Source: Octopus sinensis (Eukaryota). From it: 49,010 bases of DNA. The first letter of the stretch is position 1; every line of letters starts with the position of its first letter. This document shows, piece after piece, positions 12,936 to 26,719 of the stretch. The translations under genes and the position numbers were made by a program. Under the pieces are notes generated by a model. The model made no database searches, had not been told where the DNA came from, and was given only the letters and a program-made list of their open reading frames with translations. Location of the stretch: assembly GCF_006345805.1 (NCBI RefSeq), contig NW_021834448.1, forward strand, positions 1-49,010, written 5' to 3'.

Positions 12936-14182
12936 GGATCTTTTCACTTTCGTAGCCTGATTTATCAAATTTTTCCTACTTAACCAAACAATTTGAAACT
13001 TCGTATACTGGTAGAATGTGTCAAAAGAAAACTTAATTGTAAACCAGAATGAAAACGGAATTGTAATTTCTAAGTTTAACATTGTTTAATAATTAGAATT
13101 TTAACCAATAGTATTCGGTCTTTCGGCTTGATATTATTTACTCCGTCTCAATAGACGTAACCGCCAATTTGGTGACGTACTAAACATACATGTGAAATGT
13201 AAACACAACTGAATTTTTTTATATATTATTAACTAACTTATATATTAAACTTATATATTATATAACTAACTTATATATTAAACTTATATATTATATAACT
13301 AACTTAGTTTTTGTAAATTTTCGTATATTTTTTGTGATTTTTATTCCTTACTTTATTCGTGTAACTTTTATTTCTGTAACTTTTTATCTTTGGCAATCTT
13401 TTGTTTGTAGTAGACCTTTCCGTGATAACTGAAATTTTTTATTCGGTGTATGTGTATATGTATGTATGCATGTATGTGTGTGTGTGTGTATGTATGTGTA
13501 TGTATGTGTGTGTATGTATGTATGGCCAATTCAGTGTTTACATTATTTCGAGTTAAAACGAAAGATTACCTTTGCTATGTAGAAAATAATGAGGTTGACT
13601 CAATGGAATCTTTCGTTTTAACTCGAAATAATGTAAACACTGAATCGGCCATACATACATACACACACACATACATACACACACATACATACACATGATA
13701 CACACATACATAGATACATACACACACACACATACATGCATACATACATACATACATACATATACACATACACCGAGTAAAAAATTTCAGTTATCTCTCT
13801 CTTTCACACATTACTCTCTCTGTCTCTTCACACACACTAACAGAAGTACTTCACTTACACAACATACTTTCTGTCTCCCACACCCCATCAAACACACACA
13901 CACGCACACAAAACACAGACCTACGCACAGCTGTCTACGTCACAAAATAGCTTTCTACGTCACACTAAGATAATGCAGTAAATTATTTCAAATGAAACCA
14001 GACAATATGATTGGTTAAAATTCGCAGATTTAATCTACGTTTAAAGTCATAAAATAGATTTTTCTCAAATAAACAAGTTGGAACTAGTGTTTTCTTTTGA
14101 GATACTCTACCAATATACGAAGTTTCACATTATTTAGTTAACTAGAAAAATCTGCGCTCAGGCTACGAAAGTGAAAAGATCC
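12936..14182. mobile_element. Non-autonomous TIR DNA transposon (GG-terminated, 8-bp TSD; Merlin-like)
   Basis: Perfect 25-bp TIR GGATCTTTTCACTTTCGTAGCCTGA / TCAGGCTACGAAAGTGAAAAGATCC; TSD ATAATATA at 12928-12935 and 14183-14190; imperfect sub-terminal inverted arms. Superfamily inferred from ends only. Confidence 0.85.
13424..13795. repeat. 372-bp foldback palindrome nested in the TIR element
   Basis: Outer arms GATAACTGAAATTTTTTATTCGGTG / CACCGAGTAAAAAATTTCAGTTATC; mirrored TATG/CATA microsatellites; inner 44-bp arms 13524-13567 and 13607-13650; ~39-nt loop. Confidence 0.9.
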
Positions 14183-14669
14183 ATAATATATGTAGAATAA
14201 GCCTGCATTTGTACTGTTCGTGGCAAAGCAGTTATTACATAGAAATTGTTGGCAAGTTGTTATAGAAAAGATATGTTCGTTGTCATTTTTAATCTTTGAT
14301 TATCTTCATCCCTAAATTTGGAATATCTAAAAAGCTTCAAATGTCATAAACGTTTCTGGTTACTAATTGTCGCGCATCTATGCGTATATGCAATATTAAT
14401 TTCCGTTCAATGATACAATAAAACATTTAATATTTACGAAAGTTAAAATGCAGCTATTTGTTTTAAGCATATTCAATATGTTTAAAATACATGTATAGTA
14501 ACATAAAATGAGATTTATATTAGGTTAGTGTTAGCTCCTGTATGCAGACTGATTCAGTGACCTGCCACAATATTTTGAAAAAAGATTTCGTTACAGTGTA
14601 GCTGTTCTTTTTACATATACCTTTTTTCTTCCGTACAATATAATGCTATGGCAAACTGAAGCAAAAATG

Positions 14670-14760
14670 GGCGACGGTAAAGAATACGCACACCCGGTGT
14701 GTAGGGTTAAGGTTAGGGGTTAGGGTTACGCCGAAAACGGGTGGTGTGCGTATTCTGTAC
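14670..14760. mobile_element. Mini-MITE with TTAGGG core (right end eroded)
   Basis: Inverted AGAATACGCACACC / GGTGTGCGTATTCT; homologous to 25072-25175. Confidence 0.7.
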
Positions 14761-14922
14761 ATGTTTCGTTGATTAAGGGGCAGTAATGATTACAATGGAA
14801 TATGACAAATTATTATTTATTAAAGATTACTCACCTACAGACTCAAAAGTCCTGGTATATTTCATGATAAATCCATTTTGTTTTATTTTTCTGATTTTGT
14901 AATCAGACGCTTCTGTAGTTTT

Positions 14923-14962
<40 letters not shown>

Positions 14963-16064
14963 ATTGCTTTGTCGTTTTCACTAAGACTATTTCTAGCAAC
15001 CGTAACCTCCTCTTTTTTCCCAATATGTTCTCTTCGATCTGTCTTATCTACTTTGATTGTCTCTCTTCTTTCTATCATTTACATAAGCAAACTCTCTCTC
15101 TCTCTCAACTTTTTTCACAACCATCAGAACGTGAAGCGCTCCTCACGAACGCTGTTTCGTAAGATGGTTGTGATCTGTAAACAGTTTTGAGTAGGAACCA
15201 GAAAAAGAACTATGAACACGCAACGCACATGTGCACACTGAATTCGTAAAACGGAAGAAAAGAATAAAAACACAATTTTAAACAAGTTATATGATGGTCT
15301 GCATGCCATGTCTGACACCACTACCACGCAGCTTTGCTGCAATTTTCTTGTTTTTCCTGTAAGTCCAGACTATCTGACTTTCTCTCTCTCGCAATTGTTG
15401 GTTTCTCAGCCACGCTTTTACTTGTTTTCTATTGTCTCTGTCCGTCTGTCTGTCTGTCTGTTTAAATATGTCTTGTTTCACTCAGGTTAAGACTTCTGTT
15501 TTGCGAGTGACCGAAACGTCGCTGAGATTCTGAAGTAAACGACTTCAGACTCTATACGTTGTTATCCTTCTTCAGTACCGGCCTCATCCGTCTGCTATCA
15601 ACGATATTGTAAAATATTACTCAGATGTAGAAAATTGCCATCGCAGTGGGGCCAGCGAGATCAGACCGTGGTCACAGCAACAAAACAAACGGTTTCACAA
15701 TTTATTTATTTTTTGAGCGATTAGTCTGTTGTTCTTTACAGATTAACTCAATTATTTCTCTTTTAAAAATTGCAATCAGGGTTTTTGTGGAAGTAGATGT
15801 CATAATTCATGTTTAGAATATCGGTTTAGAATATTTATTTACGACATATATTCTTATGCGTCCAGATATTGTTAACGATTCGATGTAGCGCTTAACATTG
15901 TACATAGGTGATAATAAACCTGATAGTTTTCGGTATATATAATATGGTTAAAATAAAAGTGTATAAAAATGATATATTCAGGCAGGCTTTAAGGGTAGGT
16001 TCTTGGTTCATTCTACTTTATGCAGACTGATTCAGTAACCTGTTCTAGAACTGGATCATCAAAA

Positions 16065-16278
16065 GGTGGCGAGCTGGCAGAATCGTTACCTCACTGAACA
16101 AAATGCTTAGCGGCATTTCTTTGGACTTTACGTTCTGAGTTCAAATGCCGCCGAGGGTGATTTTTTGCCTTTCGTCCTTTCGAACTAGTTAAAATAAAGT
16201 ACAAGCTGAGCACTGGAGTTGATGTAATCAACATAGCTCCTCCCCAAAATTGCTGGCCTTGTGCCAAAATTTGAAACC
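16065..16278 (+). mobile_element. tRNA-derived SINE (family B)
   Basis: ggtggcgagctggcagaatcgtta head, gagttcaaat B box, ttgcctttcgtcctttcg core. Confidence 0.8.
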
Positions 16279-16793
16279 AGTTTTAACTATTGTTAATGCT
16301 TTTGCGTTCGTGTAGCGGTTCAGAGTTCATCGAACCTTTTACCTGTACTCACTTCCGTTTTGTTTTACACTTTATAGGGTATAATACCATCAAAAGACAT
16401 AATAGACGCCTTTTGTGTTCATTCAAATATTGGTTTTAGCTGACTTTGAACTAAATCATCCCCGCCCCCATTTCTCTATTTCTCTCTATTACTTTCTCTT
16501 TACATTTTCCTCCCCTTCAATCATTCTCAGTTTATCTCGTTCATCTAACTTTTCACAGTCTACGACTTTCCGTATTCGTCGTTGTGTCTCTTTATATTCC
16601 AATCTCTTTCTCTGTCCTCTCTTCTTTCTCTCTACCTTTATGCTAAATAAAAAAAATCAGTTACATTTCAATCTTTCTTTCTTTCTTTCTTCCACGTTCT
16701 CTCTCTTCTCATTTCCCATATCTTTCTCACAAACCCTGCCTTCCTCTCTTTCTCTTACGCTATTTCCTTGTTATATCTCCTGCTTCTTACTCA

Positions 16794-17605
<812 letters not shown>

Positions 17606-18097
17606 CTGTGTCTGTCTGTTCATCGAATCCAAACATGTTACATATTTTATCGATTCCAACGAAGTCCAAATTTTACAGTCCCGCGATATAATCATAAAAA
17701 GACAAGATTTTCCAAAAATATTTCCAAACTAGCGACAAATAAGAATTTGTTAAAGAAGTGGTTTAACATTATTTTCTAAGTCTACTTTAGTCAGGCTTGA
17801 ACTTATCGACATGCTGCTTCTGTGCCTTTTTCAGACTTTCTTCTTTTACACAACAATGCAATACAATCAACAATGAATATAACGACCATCACAAATAAAC
17901 AAATCGCTAAAACTGACATGGCTCTATGCTGGGGGGGGGGGAGTACCATGGACTGATTGTCATTGACATCTTTGCACACATGGTGGACACTCCCAAGTAC
18001 CTCTAAGAGTTGCTTATTTTCCCAGCCTATGAGTATTGTATGTTAAAATTAAAAAATGATAGAATAGCTAAGCTTTATGCATTTGTAAATAGAACCG

Positions 18098-18550
18098 GGA
18101 TCTTTTCGGTTTGAACGGCAGTTTTTAAAATAATTTACACGTAACTAAAACACTTTTAAACTTCGTATACTGGTAGAATGTGTTTATAAAACATCTTTTT
18201 CTCTTGGTTTTATTGAGAAAAATTCTATAGTTTGTAAGATATTTGTTGTTTTTTCTTCAACTTCTGCAATTTCAACCAATCAATGACGTCTATTGAAGTG
18301 AAAACATTCTGTGCCGTAGGAATATGTCCCTCGTTTAAGAAATAGATTGAGTTTATTTACATTTGTGAAGGAAAAAAGATACCTTTCCCCCCACCTCTAA
18401 CCCTAACCCTAACCCTAACCCTAACCCTAACTAACCCTAAATCTAAAATAGATTGAAATGCAATAGATCGATACTAGGGTCATAATTATGGGTGATAATT
18501 TCATATGACACCGCTAGAAAAAAAAACTGCTGTTCTGACCGAAAAGATCC
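18098..18550. mobile_element. MITE (GG-terminated TIR, 8-bp TSD) carrying a (CCCTAA)n tract
   Basis: TIR GGATCTTTTCGGTTTGAACGGCAGTTTTT / AAAAACTGCTGTTCTGACCGAAAAGATCC; TSD TAGAACCG at 18090-18097 and 18551-18558; telomeric hexamers 18397-18440. Confidence 0.9.
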
Positions 18551-18596
18551 TAGAACCGTACAATTATACGCAATTTTACTATTTGTCGCCTAAGTA

Positions 18597-18737
18597 TCTA
18601 ATTCTATTATATGTGTAGTAGAGATTTCAATGACTCCTTTCTTCAATGCATTATTTTTATACACACGTATATGTAGAAAAGGTTTATTATTTATTCAACA
18701 TTGATCGGCTCGTGGAAATTCCACGGGTCCCGCTTGT
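18597..18737 (+). mobile_element. Possible short non-autonomous Helitron
   Basis: TCTA-type start; subterminal hairpin CGTGGAAATTCCACG followed by CTTG/T (degenerate CTAG/T). Confidence 0.35.
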
Positions 18738-18780
18738 TGTTAATTAAACATTACATACTTTCAAACTCACTAATCCATTT

Positions 18781-19016
18781 GGATCTTTTCGGTTTGAACG
18801 GCAGTTTTTTCTAGCGGTGTCATATGAAATTGTCACCCATAATTATGACCCTAGTATCGATCTATTGCATTTCAGTCTGTTTTAGGGTTAGGGTTAGTTA
18901 GGGTTAGGGGTAGGGGTGGGGGGAAGGGTAAAAAAATGATAGAATAGCTAAACTTTATGTATTTGTAAACAGAACCGGGATCTTTTCGGTTTGAACGGCA
19001 GTTTTTAAAATAATCC
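18781..19016. mobile_element. Rearranged copy of the 18098 MITE family
   Basis: 18781-18930 is the reverse complement of the MITE right end, with TTAGGG tract; 18931-19014 is a direct copy of 18051-18134; flanked by ATCCATTT on both sides. Confidence 0.8.
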
Positions 19017-20601
19017 ATCCATTTTCTATTTGGCTAATCCGAGATTAAAATCTATTTCGAGTAATTGTTGATAATTCCATTTGTTTTACTTTTAAGATGC
19101 TTCTTATGTTTTTCTTTCATTTGAATATTAACCTCTCTCTACATTCTCCTTTGCTTCCCGTCTTTCAGTTTTTTTTTTCTCATTCTTCCTTGTTTCTCTT
19201 CGTCTTCATCCTATTTTTTTCCCTGGTATCTGTCACTTCCTCTCTCATTCTTTCTCTCCAAAATTTTCTTACTCATTTCTTTGTCGCTCTTATTAAGATA
19301 CAATATCTCTTACAACCATTACCTCCCACCCTTTCTCTCAAAACGTTGGTTTTTCTGACTTATTTCTTACTCTTATCATTCTTCTTGCTTCACAACTTCC
19401 TCTCTCTCTCACAAACACACACACCAACTACCACACTCGCGCTCCTAAAATTCCTGTTTGCCTCCCCTTCCTTCTATCATGACATGCGCAAATACTATAT
19501 TTCTCTGTCACTTTCTTCCTCCCGGTCTTTCGAGTTCATTTTCTGTTTCTCCGTTTCTCTCTCTTTCTCTCTCTCACTGTCTCCTCCCTCTCTTTCTCTG
19601 GATATTATTACTTGTTGCTCAACCACATTTTTGCTCGTTATATTTTGTTTCTATCTCTCTTTCTCACCTATATGCCTTCACTCGCTCCGAAATCTCTACC
19701 CACCAACTCAGTTACCTACAGACATAGAAATGTCTAGTATCTGGCCCCCGAATAACCTCCCTCCACCCCGCTAGCAGGTTCGATCCGGTCATCTGTGGGA
19801 AATCAGCCTTTCATCTCCTTTGCCATTCTTCTGTATAATGCATTCGGCATTTGGTCTGCTGGTCATTTATAGATTCCTGGACAAAATAGAAGAGATGGCA
19901 ATCCGAAAGAGCGAGCTCCGTGAGTCAGAGTGACTTTTCCAGTTTGTCTCCCTCGCCATCTTTTTCCATTTTGTCCGATGGGCCCATTAGGTGAACTGGC
20001 AAGCCTTTTTAAAGATATTTCTTTGCTGTGAGAAAGATGTGATGTTTTAAACTCCTTCATCAAACTTAGAAAATTATTTCACTCAGCGTTATGGAACAAA
20101 CGCAAAAAATAAACCTAACAACCCCAGTTCGTGTCAAATTCAAAGTAGAAAATTAAATAAACCAATAATAAACCTTATATTTCTAATGATTGAGGTAGAT
20201 CAGTTGTTATATGGCATTTGGTGGCCATTTGTGGCCATACATCGTGGAGACATTATTAGCTGTGATTTTCATTTTTCTTGATATATTTCCTTATTGACGT
20301 GATTAATGTAATTTACATGCCAATCAAATATATAATTCAGTTGTTTAAAGTCATTAATGAAGGAAACTCTTTAGTGGTAGTTTTTTTTTGGTATGCAGTT
20401 CTTCAAATTTAATCACTATAACCAACGTTTTACAGTGTGAATTTGTGTGTGAGAAGCATTTTCTTCCCTAAATATTTTACTTGTGATATGTTTGTTGTTG
20501 ATTTCGGGTAAATTCCGTCAAAGTTCTTTTTTACCAAATTACTATTTGGTTCGTTAATGGCGGAGGTGGAGATGGAGATGTTACTCAATATATATATAAC
20601 A

Positions 20602-20996
20602 CTAGCAGTATCGCCCGGCGTTGCTCGGGTTTGTAAGGGAAATAACTATATAAGCATTTTTAGAGAGTTATAGCCAAAAAATAGCAAAAAATGCATTAAA
20701 ATGGAAAAAAAATTATGGTAAATTTTTTTTTAATCGTTGACTCATCGTAGACATTTTTAGAGAGTTACTTCCCTTATATAATAGCGAAAAAATGCATTAA
20801 AATGGAAAAAATTATGGTAAATTTTTTTTTAATCGTAGACTCATCGTAGACGCGCGCTAATACCCAGAAGGGCGCGATATGAATCACGACTATAAGATAC
20901 CCGGTTTTGGTAAACTGCACCGCAAAATGTGGGAGTAGCTAGGAATCTAAATCGTAGGAGACAGACAGCACACAACCTCTCTTTTATATATAAAGA
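20602..20996 (-). mobile_element. Non-autonomous Helitron
   Basis: Minus strand starts TCTTTATATATAAAA, ends with hairpin CCCGAGCAACGCCGGG then CTAG; inserted between A and T; internal ~95-bp tandem sub-repeat. Confidence 0.85.
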
Positions 20997-21020
20997 TATA
21001 TCTCATAATATATGATTAGA

Positions 21021-21609
21021 GGATCTTTTCCTTTTGAACGGCAGACAATTAACTAAACACTTTAAAACTTCGTATACTGGTAGAATGTGTCAAAATAAAA
21101 CATTTTTTTCTCTTGGCTTTCTTGAGAAAATTGTAATTTGTTTGTTTTACGTAGCTTAATTTTTCGAATTTTAACCAATCCTATGCTCTCTTTTGAGCTA
21201 AAATCATTTGCTGGGTCTAAAACTGAGACACTACCCCTCAACCTAACCCTAACCCTAATTTTTGTTTCTTAATTGTTAATTTAGTTGTTACGCGTGTAAA
21301 AAAAACCCCGAAAGCAATGGAAAATGATTAAGAAAAAAAATTAGGGTTAGGGTTAGGGGAGGGTTATGGTTAGTTACAGGATGTTGTCTCAGTTTTAGAC
21401 GCAGCAAATAATTTTAGTTGAATGGAGGTAATCGATTGGTTAAAATTGCCGAAATGCCGGATTTTCAGACGAAATATCTTACAAACTATAGAATTTTCTC
21501 AATAAAGCCAAGAAAAAATGATGTTTTATAAACACATTCTACCAGTATACGAAGTTTAAAAGTGTTTAGTTAACTAGAAATTTTGTTGACATTCAAAAGG
21601 AAAAGATCC
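21021..21609. mobile_element. Foldback MITE of the GGATCTTTTC family with inverted CCCTAA/TTAGGG tracts
   Basis: TIR GGATCTTTTCCTTTTGAA / TTCAAAAGGAAAAGATCC; long imperfect arms sharing AACTTCGTATACTGGTAGAATGTGT with 12936 and 18098; telomeric tracts 21241-21258 and 21341-21365; only a 5-bp flanking repeat TTAGA is visible. Confidence 0.85.
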
Positions 21610-21731
21610 TTAGAATATCGTTTTGGAATATTTTGTGACAAATTATTTCATAGTGAGACATACATCTTGAACGCACAACTTTGTACCAGTATCTGTATAC
21701 GAATATTTATGTAATGCAGATACGATTTTTT

Positions 21732-21774
21732 GATCTTTTCGGTTTGAACGGCAGTTTTTTCTAGCGGTGTCATA
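21732..21774. mobile_element. Solo TIR fragment of the 18098 MITE family
   Basis: Matches 18782-18824. Confidence 0.8.
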
Positions 21775-22236
21775 AATATGTGGCTCGTGATTCGTACTTT
21801 GGTAGATATCATGTCTAATCCAGCAAACGAACCATCAAGTTTGTTTATCTAACGCATGTAAAGTATGTATTAAGTTTTCCTGTCTGTGTAGCTGTTCCAA
21901 TTATGGTTAGGGTTACTTACTTTCAAACTTAGAAATTCATTTTCTGTTCTACAAATTCTCTGATTCGTTGTCAAACGCTTCTTATCCTTCATTTTAAATA
22001 TTCGTTAAATATAAATTAACATCAAAGTGAAACCTTTCTTCTCCGTGTCTCTATCGATCTTTCTCTGCGTTTTCCCCTGCATCTTTCAGTCTACTTCCTC
22101 CTCTCTCTTTTACTCAACTTACCACTTTTCTCTAGCATGTCCTCTTCTATTTCTCTTTATCGCTATCTTTTTCTGTCTCTTGTTTCATTTTCTTTTCGCT
22201 CTCACTAACACAATACTTCCCCTCTTTCACTCATGC

Positions 22237-22301
<65 letters not shown>

Positions 22302-22424
22302 CTTCCCCCTTCCCCCTCTCTCTTTTTACTGTTCAATTTATCTTATTCTGTTTCCCATCTGTAGGAATGAATCCAATTGGCATAGAAAATATGTGCTGGT
22401 TATCTATCTATCTATCTATATCTA

Positions 22425-22485
<61 letters not shown>

Positions 22486-22502
22486 GATCTATCTATCTAT
22501 CT

Positions 22503-23793
22503 GGGCCGGAACCCATGGACAACTTCCAGAGATCCCTGGCCTGGCAGTGCTACCGAGAAGCGCTACCCGTTCGGGATAAGCTCTATAGGCATGGCTCGAG
22601 AAACACGGGGCCGACCTGCTCGAGATGCGGTCAGAGCGACGAAACCGTTCTGCACGCAATCGTGCAGTGTCCAACAATCTCCGACCTGTGGGCTTATGTC
22701 GAACGACTGCTGTCACGTGTGGGACGTGTCGGTTTATCAGCCGAGTCTATCGTCAATATCGTCACGCCTCCTTCCTTCAAACGGGAAGGAAGAGTTATTT
22801 TCATCATACTTGTGGCTATGGCGAATGTATCTGGTGGACGCGCCTGAAAGTATTAGAGACAAACACTTTCCTCTCTGGTCAATCTCTCATCAACTTCAAG
22901 TATCACTTGAAAAGGAAAGTGAGAGTAGAGAGGCAAGTTTTGTCTAGTGAATGTTTTAAGAAAAGATGGGTGAATGTAGCAAGGATGACACGTATGAATG
23001 ACGAAGCCACCTTGACTATGATCCTATGAACCGTAAAAATTAATACGGAGAGTTGCTTATTTGTAAAAAAAATATAACATGTGACATCATTGACCGAGGA
23101 TATCGTGGTCTTTTCCGTAGGCTTTTCTTTCCACGGGTAAACCTCACCTGTCTTCCCCTTTACACTTTATATTGACATTTCCTTGATAACGATCCCTATT
23201 GATCGATTTTTTCTTTTTCCTTTTCTCTTTCTCTTTCTCTCTTTTACTTGTTTCAGTCATTTGACTGCGGCCATGCTGAAGCACCGCCTTTAATCGAGCA
23301 ACTCGACCCCGGGACTTATTCTTTTGTAAGCCCGGTACTTATTATATCGGTCTCTTTTGCCGAACCGCTAAGTAACGGGGGACATAAACACACCAGCATC
23401 GGTTGTCAAGCAATGCTAGGGGGACAAGCACAGACACACAAACACACACATGCATATATATACATATATACGACGGGCTTCTTTCAGTTTCTGTCTACCA
23501 AATCCACTCACAAGGCTTTGGTCGGCCCGAGGCTATAGTAGAAGACACTTGCTCAAGGTGCCACGCAGTGGGACTGAACCCGGAACTATGTGGTTGGTAA
23601 ACAAGCTACTTACCACACAGCCACTCCTGCGCCTTTTATCTTAATATACACTTTTTTTTTTGCTTTATTCTTTCTTTCCATTTACGATCCCTTTTGATCA
23701 AAAACTAACCCCCCTTTTTTTATTCCCCAAAGAAAAGCTCTACTTTGTAATTTGTCCCGTCTGTGTGCAGCCCTGTGTGGCTAATAAAGAAAC
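22503..23793 (+). mobile_element. 5'-truncated L1/Tx1-clade LINE (3' end), interrupted by a SINE, inside a (TATC)n array
   Basis: High similarity to 31825-32668; zf-RVT-like LPVRDKL..CSRC..ETVLHAIVQC; shared 3' end GCCCTGTGTGGCTAATAAA. Confidence 0.9.
23239..23633 (-). mobile_element. Full-length tRNA-derived SINE (family A)
   Basis: Minus strand GGCGCAGGAGTGGCTGTGTGG (A box), GGGTTCAGTCCC (B box), internal TA/TG tract, tail CAAGTAAAAGAG; several copies in the window. Confidence 0.9.
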
Positions 23794-24150
<357 letters not shown>

Positions 24151-24441
24151 GTCTATATGCCAACAGAACAAAAAGTGTATAATAGAATCCATTTTTGTTA
24201 TCGGCAATCTTTTATTGTTGGTTATTTTCTTCATTTCAACGCGATTCAGACATTACAGTTTCGCGATACAATACTTGCAAGATATTAGGATTTTTGTTTA
24301 CTTCCAAGAGTTTAGTGTTTGTGCGTTGTCATGTCGCCTTTTGTACCGACCGCGTCCCTAGACAGACCGTCTACATCTGCATCCACTGGTAATGGAACGG
24401 GTGACAATAGAATATCAGACGGCATCACCGCCTTCCCCTCT

Positions 24442-24852
24442 CTCTTTTACTCTTTTACTTGTTTCAGTCATGTGACTGTGGCCATGCTGGAGCACCGCCT
24501 TTAGTCGATCAAATCGACCCCAGGACTTATTCTTTGTAAGCCTAGTACTTATTTTATCGGTACTTTTTGCCGAACCGCTGTGTTACGGGGACGTAAACAC
24601 ACCAGCATCGGTTGTCAAGCGATGTTGGGGGGGGGGACAAACACAGACACACAAAGACGCACATACACACATATATATATACATATATACGACGGGCTTC
24701 TTTCAGTTTCCGTCTACCAAATCCACTCACAAGGCTTTGGTCAGCCCGAGGCTATAGTAGAAGACACTTACCCAAGGTGCCACGAAGTGGAACTGAACCC
24801 GGAACCATGTGGTTGGTAAGCAAGCTACTTACCACACAGCCACTCCTGCCCC
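24442..24852 (-). mobile_element. Full-length tRNA-derived SINE (family A)
   Basis: Colinear with 23239-23633. Confidence 0.9.
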
Positions 24853-25071
24853 TGTTGAAAAAGAAAGAAAGTTCAAAATCTGCGACAGTAACCGAAAGAT
24901 TCGATGACCGAAAGATTCGATGTAGGAACTGCATCGCCAATATTTGGAGTAAGACGACATTCGGCATATTTACTGCCGGTCATTTATAGATTCTTTGACT
25001 CGTCCAGAAAAAAAAAAGAAGAATATATAAAAGTTCACTGGCAAGAATATTTTAGGCAGATCAGTTGTAAA

Positions 25072-25175
25072 GGCGAAGGTAAAGAATACGTACACCCGGT
25101 GGTTAGTTCTAGGGTTTAGGGTTAGGGTTTTTGTTACGCCGAAAACCGGTGGCGTACTTATTCTTTACCTCCGCC
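25072..25175. mobile_element. 104-bp mini-MITE with TTAGGG core
   Basis: TIR GGCGAAGGTAAAGAATACGTAC / GTACTTATTCTTTACCTCCGCC; degenerate 8-bp TSD GTTGTAAA / GTTATAAG. Confidence 0.8.
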
Positions 25176-25295
25176 GTTATAAGTATATCGTTAATTATGA
25201 AAATGCAATGGAATTGGAATCTCACAGGATATAATTTGGTGCTTATGATCTTATTCGTTGTCAGATGCCTTTTATCGTTTGGACATTTTCCCTCT

Positions 25296-25346
<51 letters not shown>

Positions 25347-25527
25347 TCACTCTTTTCCCCTATTTTATTCTCATTTGCCACTGAGTTTCTCTCACTTTCT
25401 CCATTTTATTTACCAATCATCTCTCTTTCTTTCTGTCTTTTTACTTTACTTACGCATATCTCTCACATAACTCTTTGATATTTCCCTTTTAACTGACACA
25501 TTCTATGTCTATTTCGCTCCTCTAGCT

Positions 25528-25758
25528 TATTTCTTTACTACCCACAAGGGGCTAAACACAGAGGGGACAAACAAGGACAGACAAACGGATTAAGTCGATT
25601 ACATCGACCCCAGTGCGTAACCGGTACTTAATTTATCGACCCCGAAAGGATGAAAGGCAAAGTCGACCTCGGCGGAAGTTGAACTCAGAACGTAGCGACG
25701 GGCGAAATACCGCTAAGCATTTCGCCCGGCGTGCTAACGATTTTGCCAGCTCGCCGCC
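25528..25758 (-). mobile_element. tRNA-derived SINE (family B, Meta-domain-like core)
   Basis: Near-identical to 37644-37876; flanking repeat CCTCTAGC at 25519 and 25757; core GCCTTTCATCCTTTCGGGGTCGATAAATTAAGTACC resembles the MetaSINE/Sauria central domain (recalled, not searched). Confidence 0.9.
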
Positions 25759-26719
25759 TCTAGCCACTATACCCCCTCTCTCTCCCTTTCTGCCCTTCAC
25801 TTTTTAAAACTTTTAAACTAATATCTATGCCTGTCTGACTTCCTCTGTCTTTGGGATATGATTCAATCAATTATCTTCAAATCTTTAGCGTGAGTGATCT
25901 TATCGATTCTAACGCATAATGTCTAGGATTTCCAGAGATATTTTTAGCAAATGGTTTTGATTAACCCATCTGTATCTTAAGTACATTTTACTTCGGATCT
26001 GCGAGCGAAACATGCTGTTGGGCGTCTACAGTCGGTCAGATGACGCTAATTTGTATTTCGTTGATTATTTCTCTAAAGGTTGTATTGGAATGAGACAAAA
26101 CTATTAATCAAACGTTACAAGATTTTCAGACGCTAGATATCTTCCATTTTCTTCCTTTTTTTTTTTTTTGGTGTATTTGCTGATAATTCCATTTATTCCG
26201 ATTCATTGCCAGACGCATTTTCTGGTTCATTTGAATATTAACGAAAATTTAAACTTTACGTCAAAGCTCTCTCTCTCTCTTCTCTCTCTCCCTCTCTCCC
26301 GCTCTCCCTCTCTCCATATACATGCACATGTGTGTGTGTGTGTATCAGTCTCTATCACTCTCCCTCTACATTTTTCTATTTTTCATCCGCCTCTTTCTTT
26401 CTCTTTCTATTCTATTCTATGATTCCTTATCTTTGTTCGTCTTGATTCCAATCTCTCTCTATCTCCTTCCCTTTAACATCCCCATCTCTCCTCTCTCTCT
26501 TTCGTCTAACACTTCTTTGCCTCACTCACTATTTCTTCCTCCCCAACCGCTCTCTCTTTTTATCTCACTTTTTTCTTTTCCGTTTGTTTTTGTTTCCCTT
26601 ATTATTATTTTCTTTTGCTGTTTCCCCCTTAAACAAATTCCATCTCACTCTCTCAAGTCTTTTTTTTCCCTCACTTCACCCTTTGAGACGATTCTCTATG
26701 CCATCCACTGCTCATACCA

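Noticed and set aside
15505-15580. CGAAACGTC on + and CTGAAGA on -, plus a CTGAAGT/ACTTCAG hairpin
   Set aside because: The two core halves are on opposite strands, so they cannot form one hammerhead.
18397-21365. TTAGGG tracts as a true telomere or chromosome-fusion scar
   Set aside because: The tracts are short and all lie inside TIR-bounded elements.
24890-24922. 16-bp tandem duplication ACCGAAAGATTCGATG
   Set aside because: Ordinary slippage duplication with no further structure.
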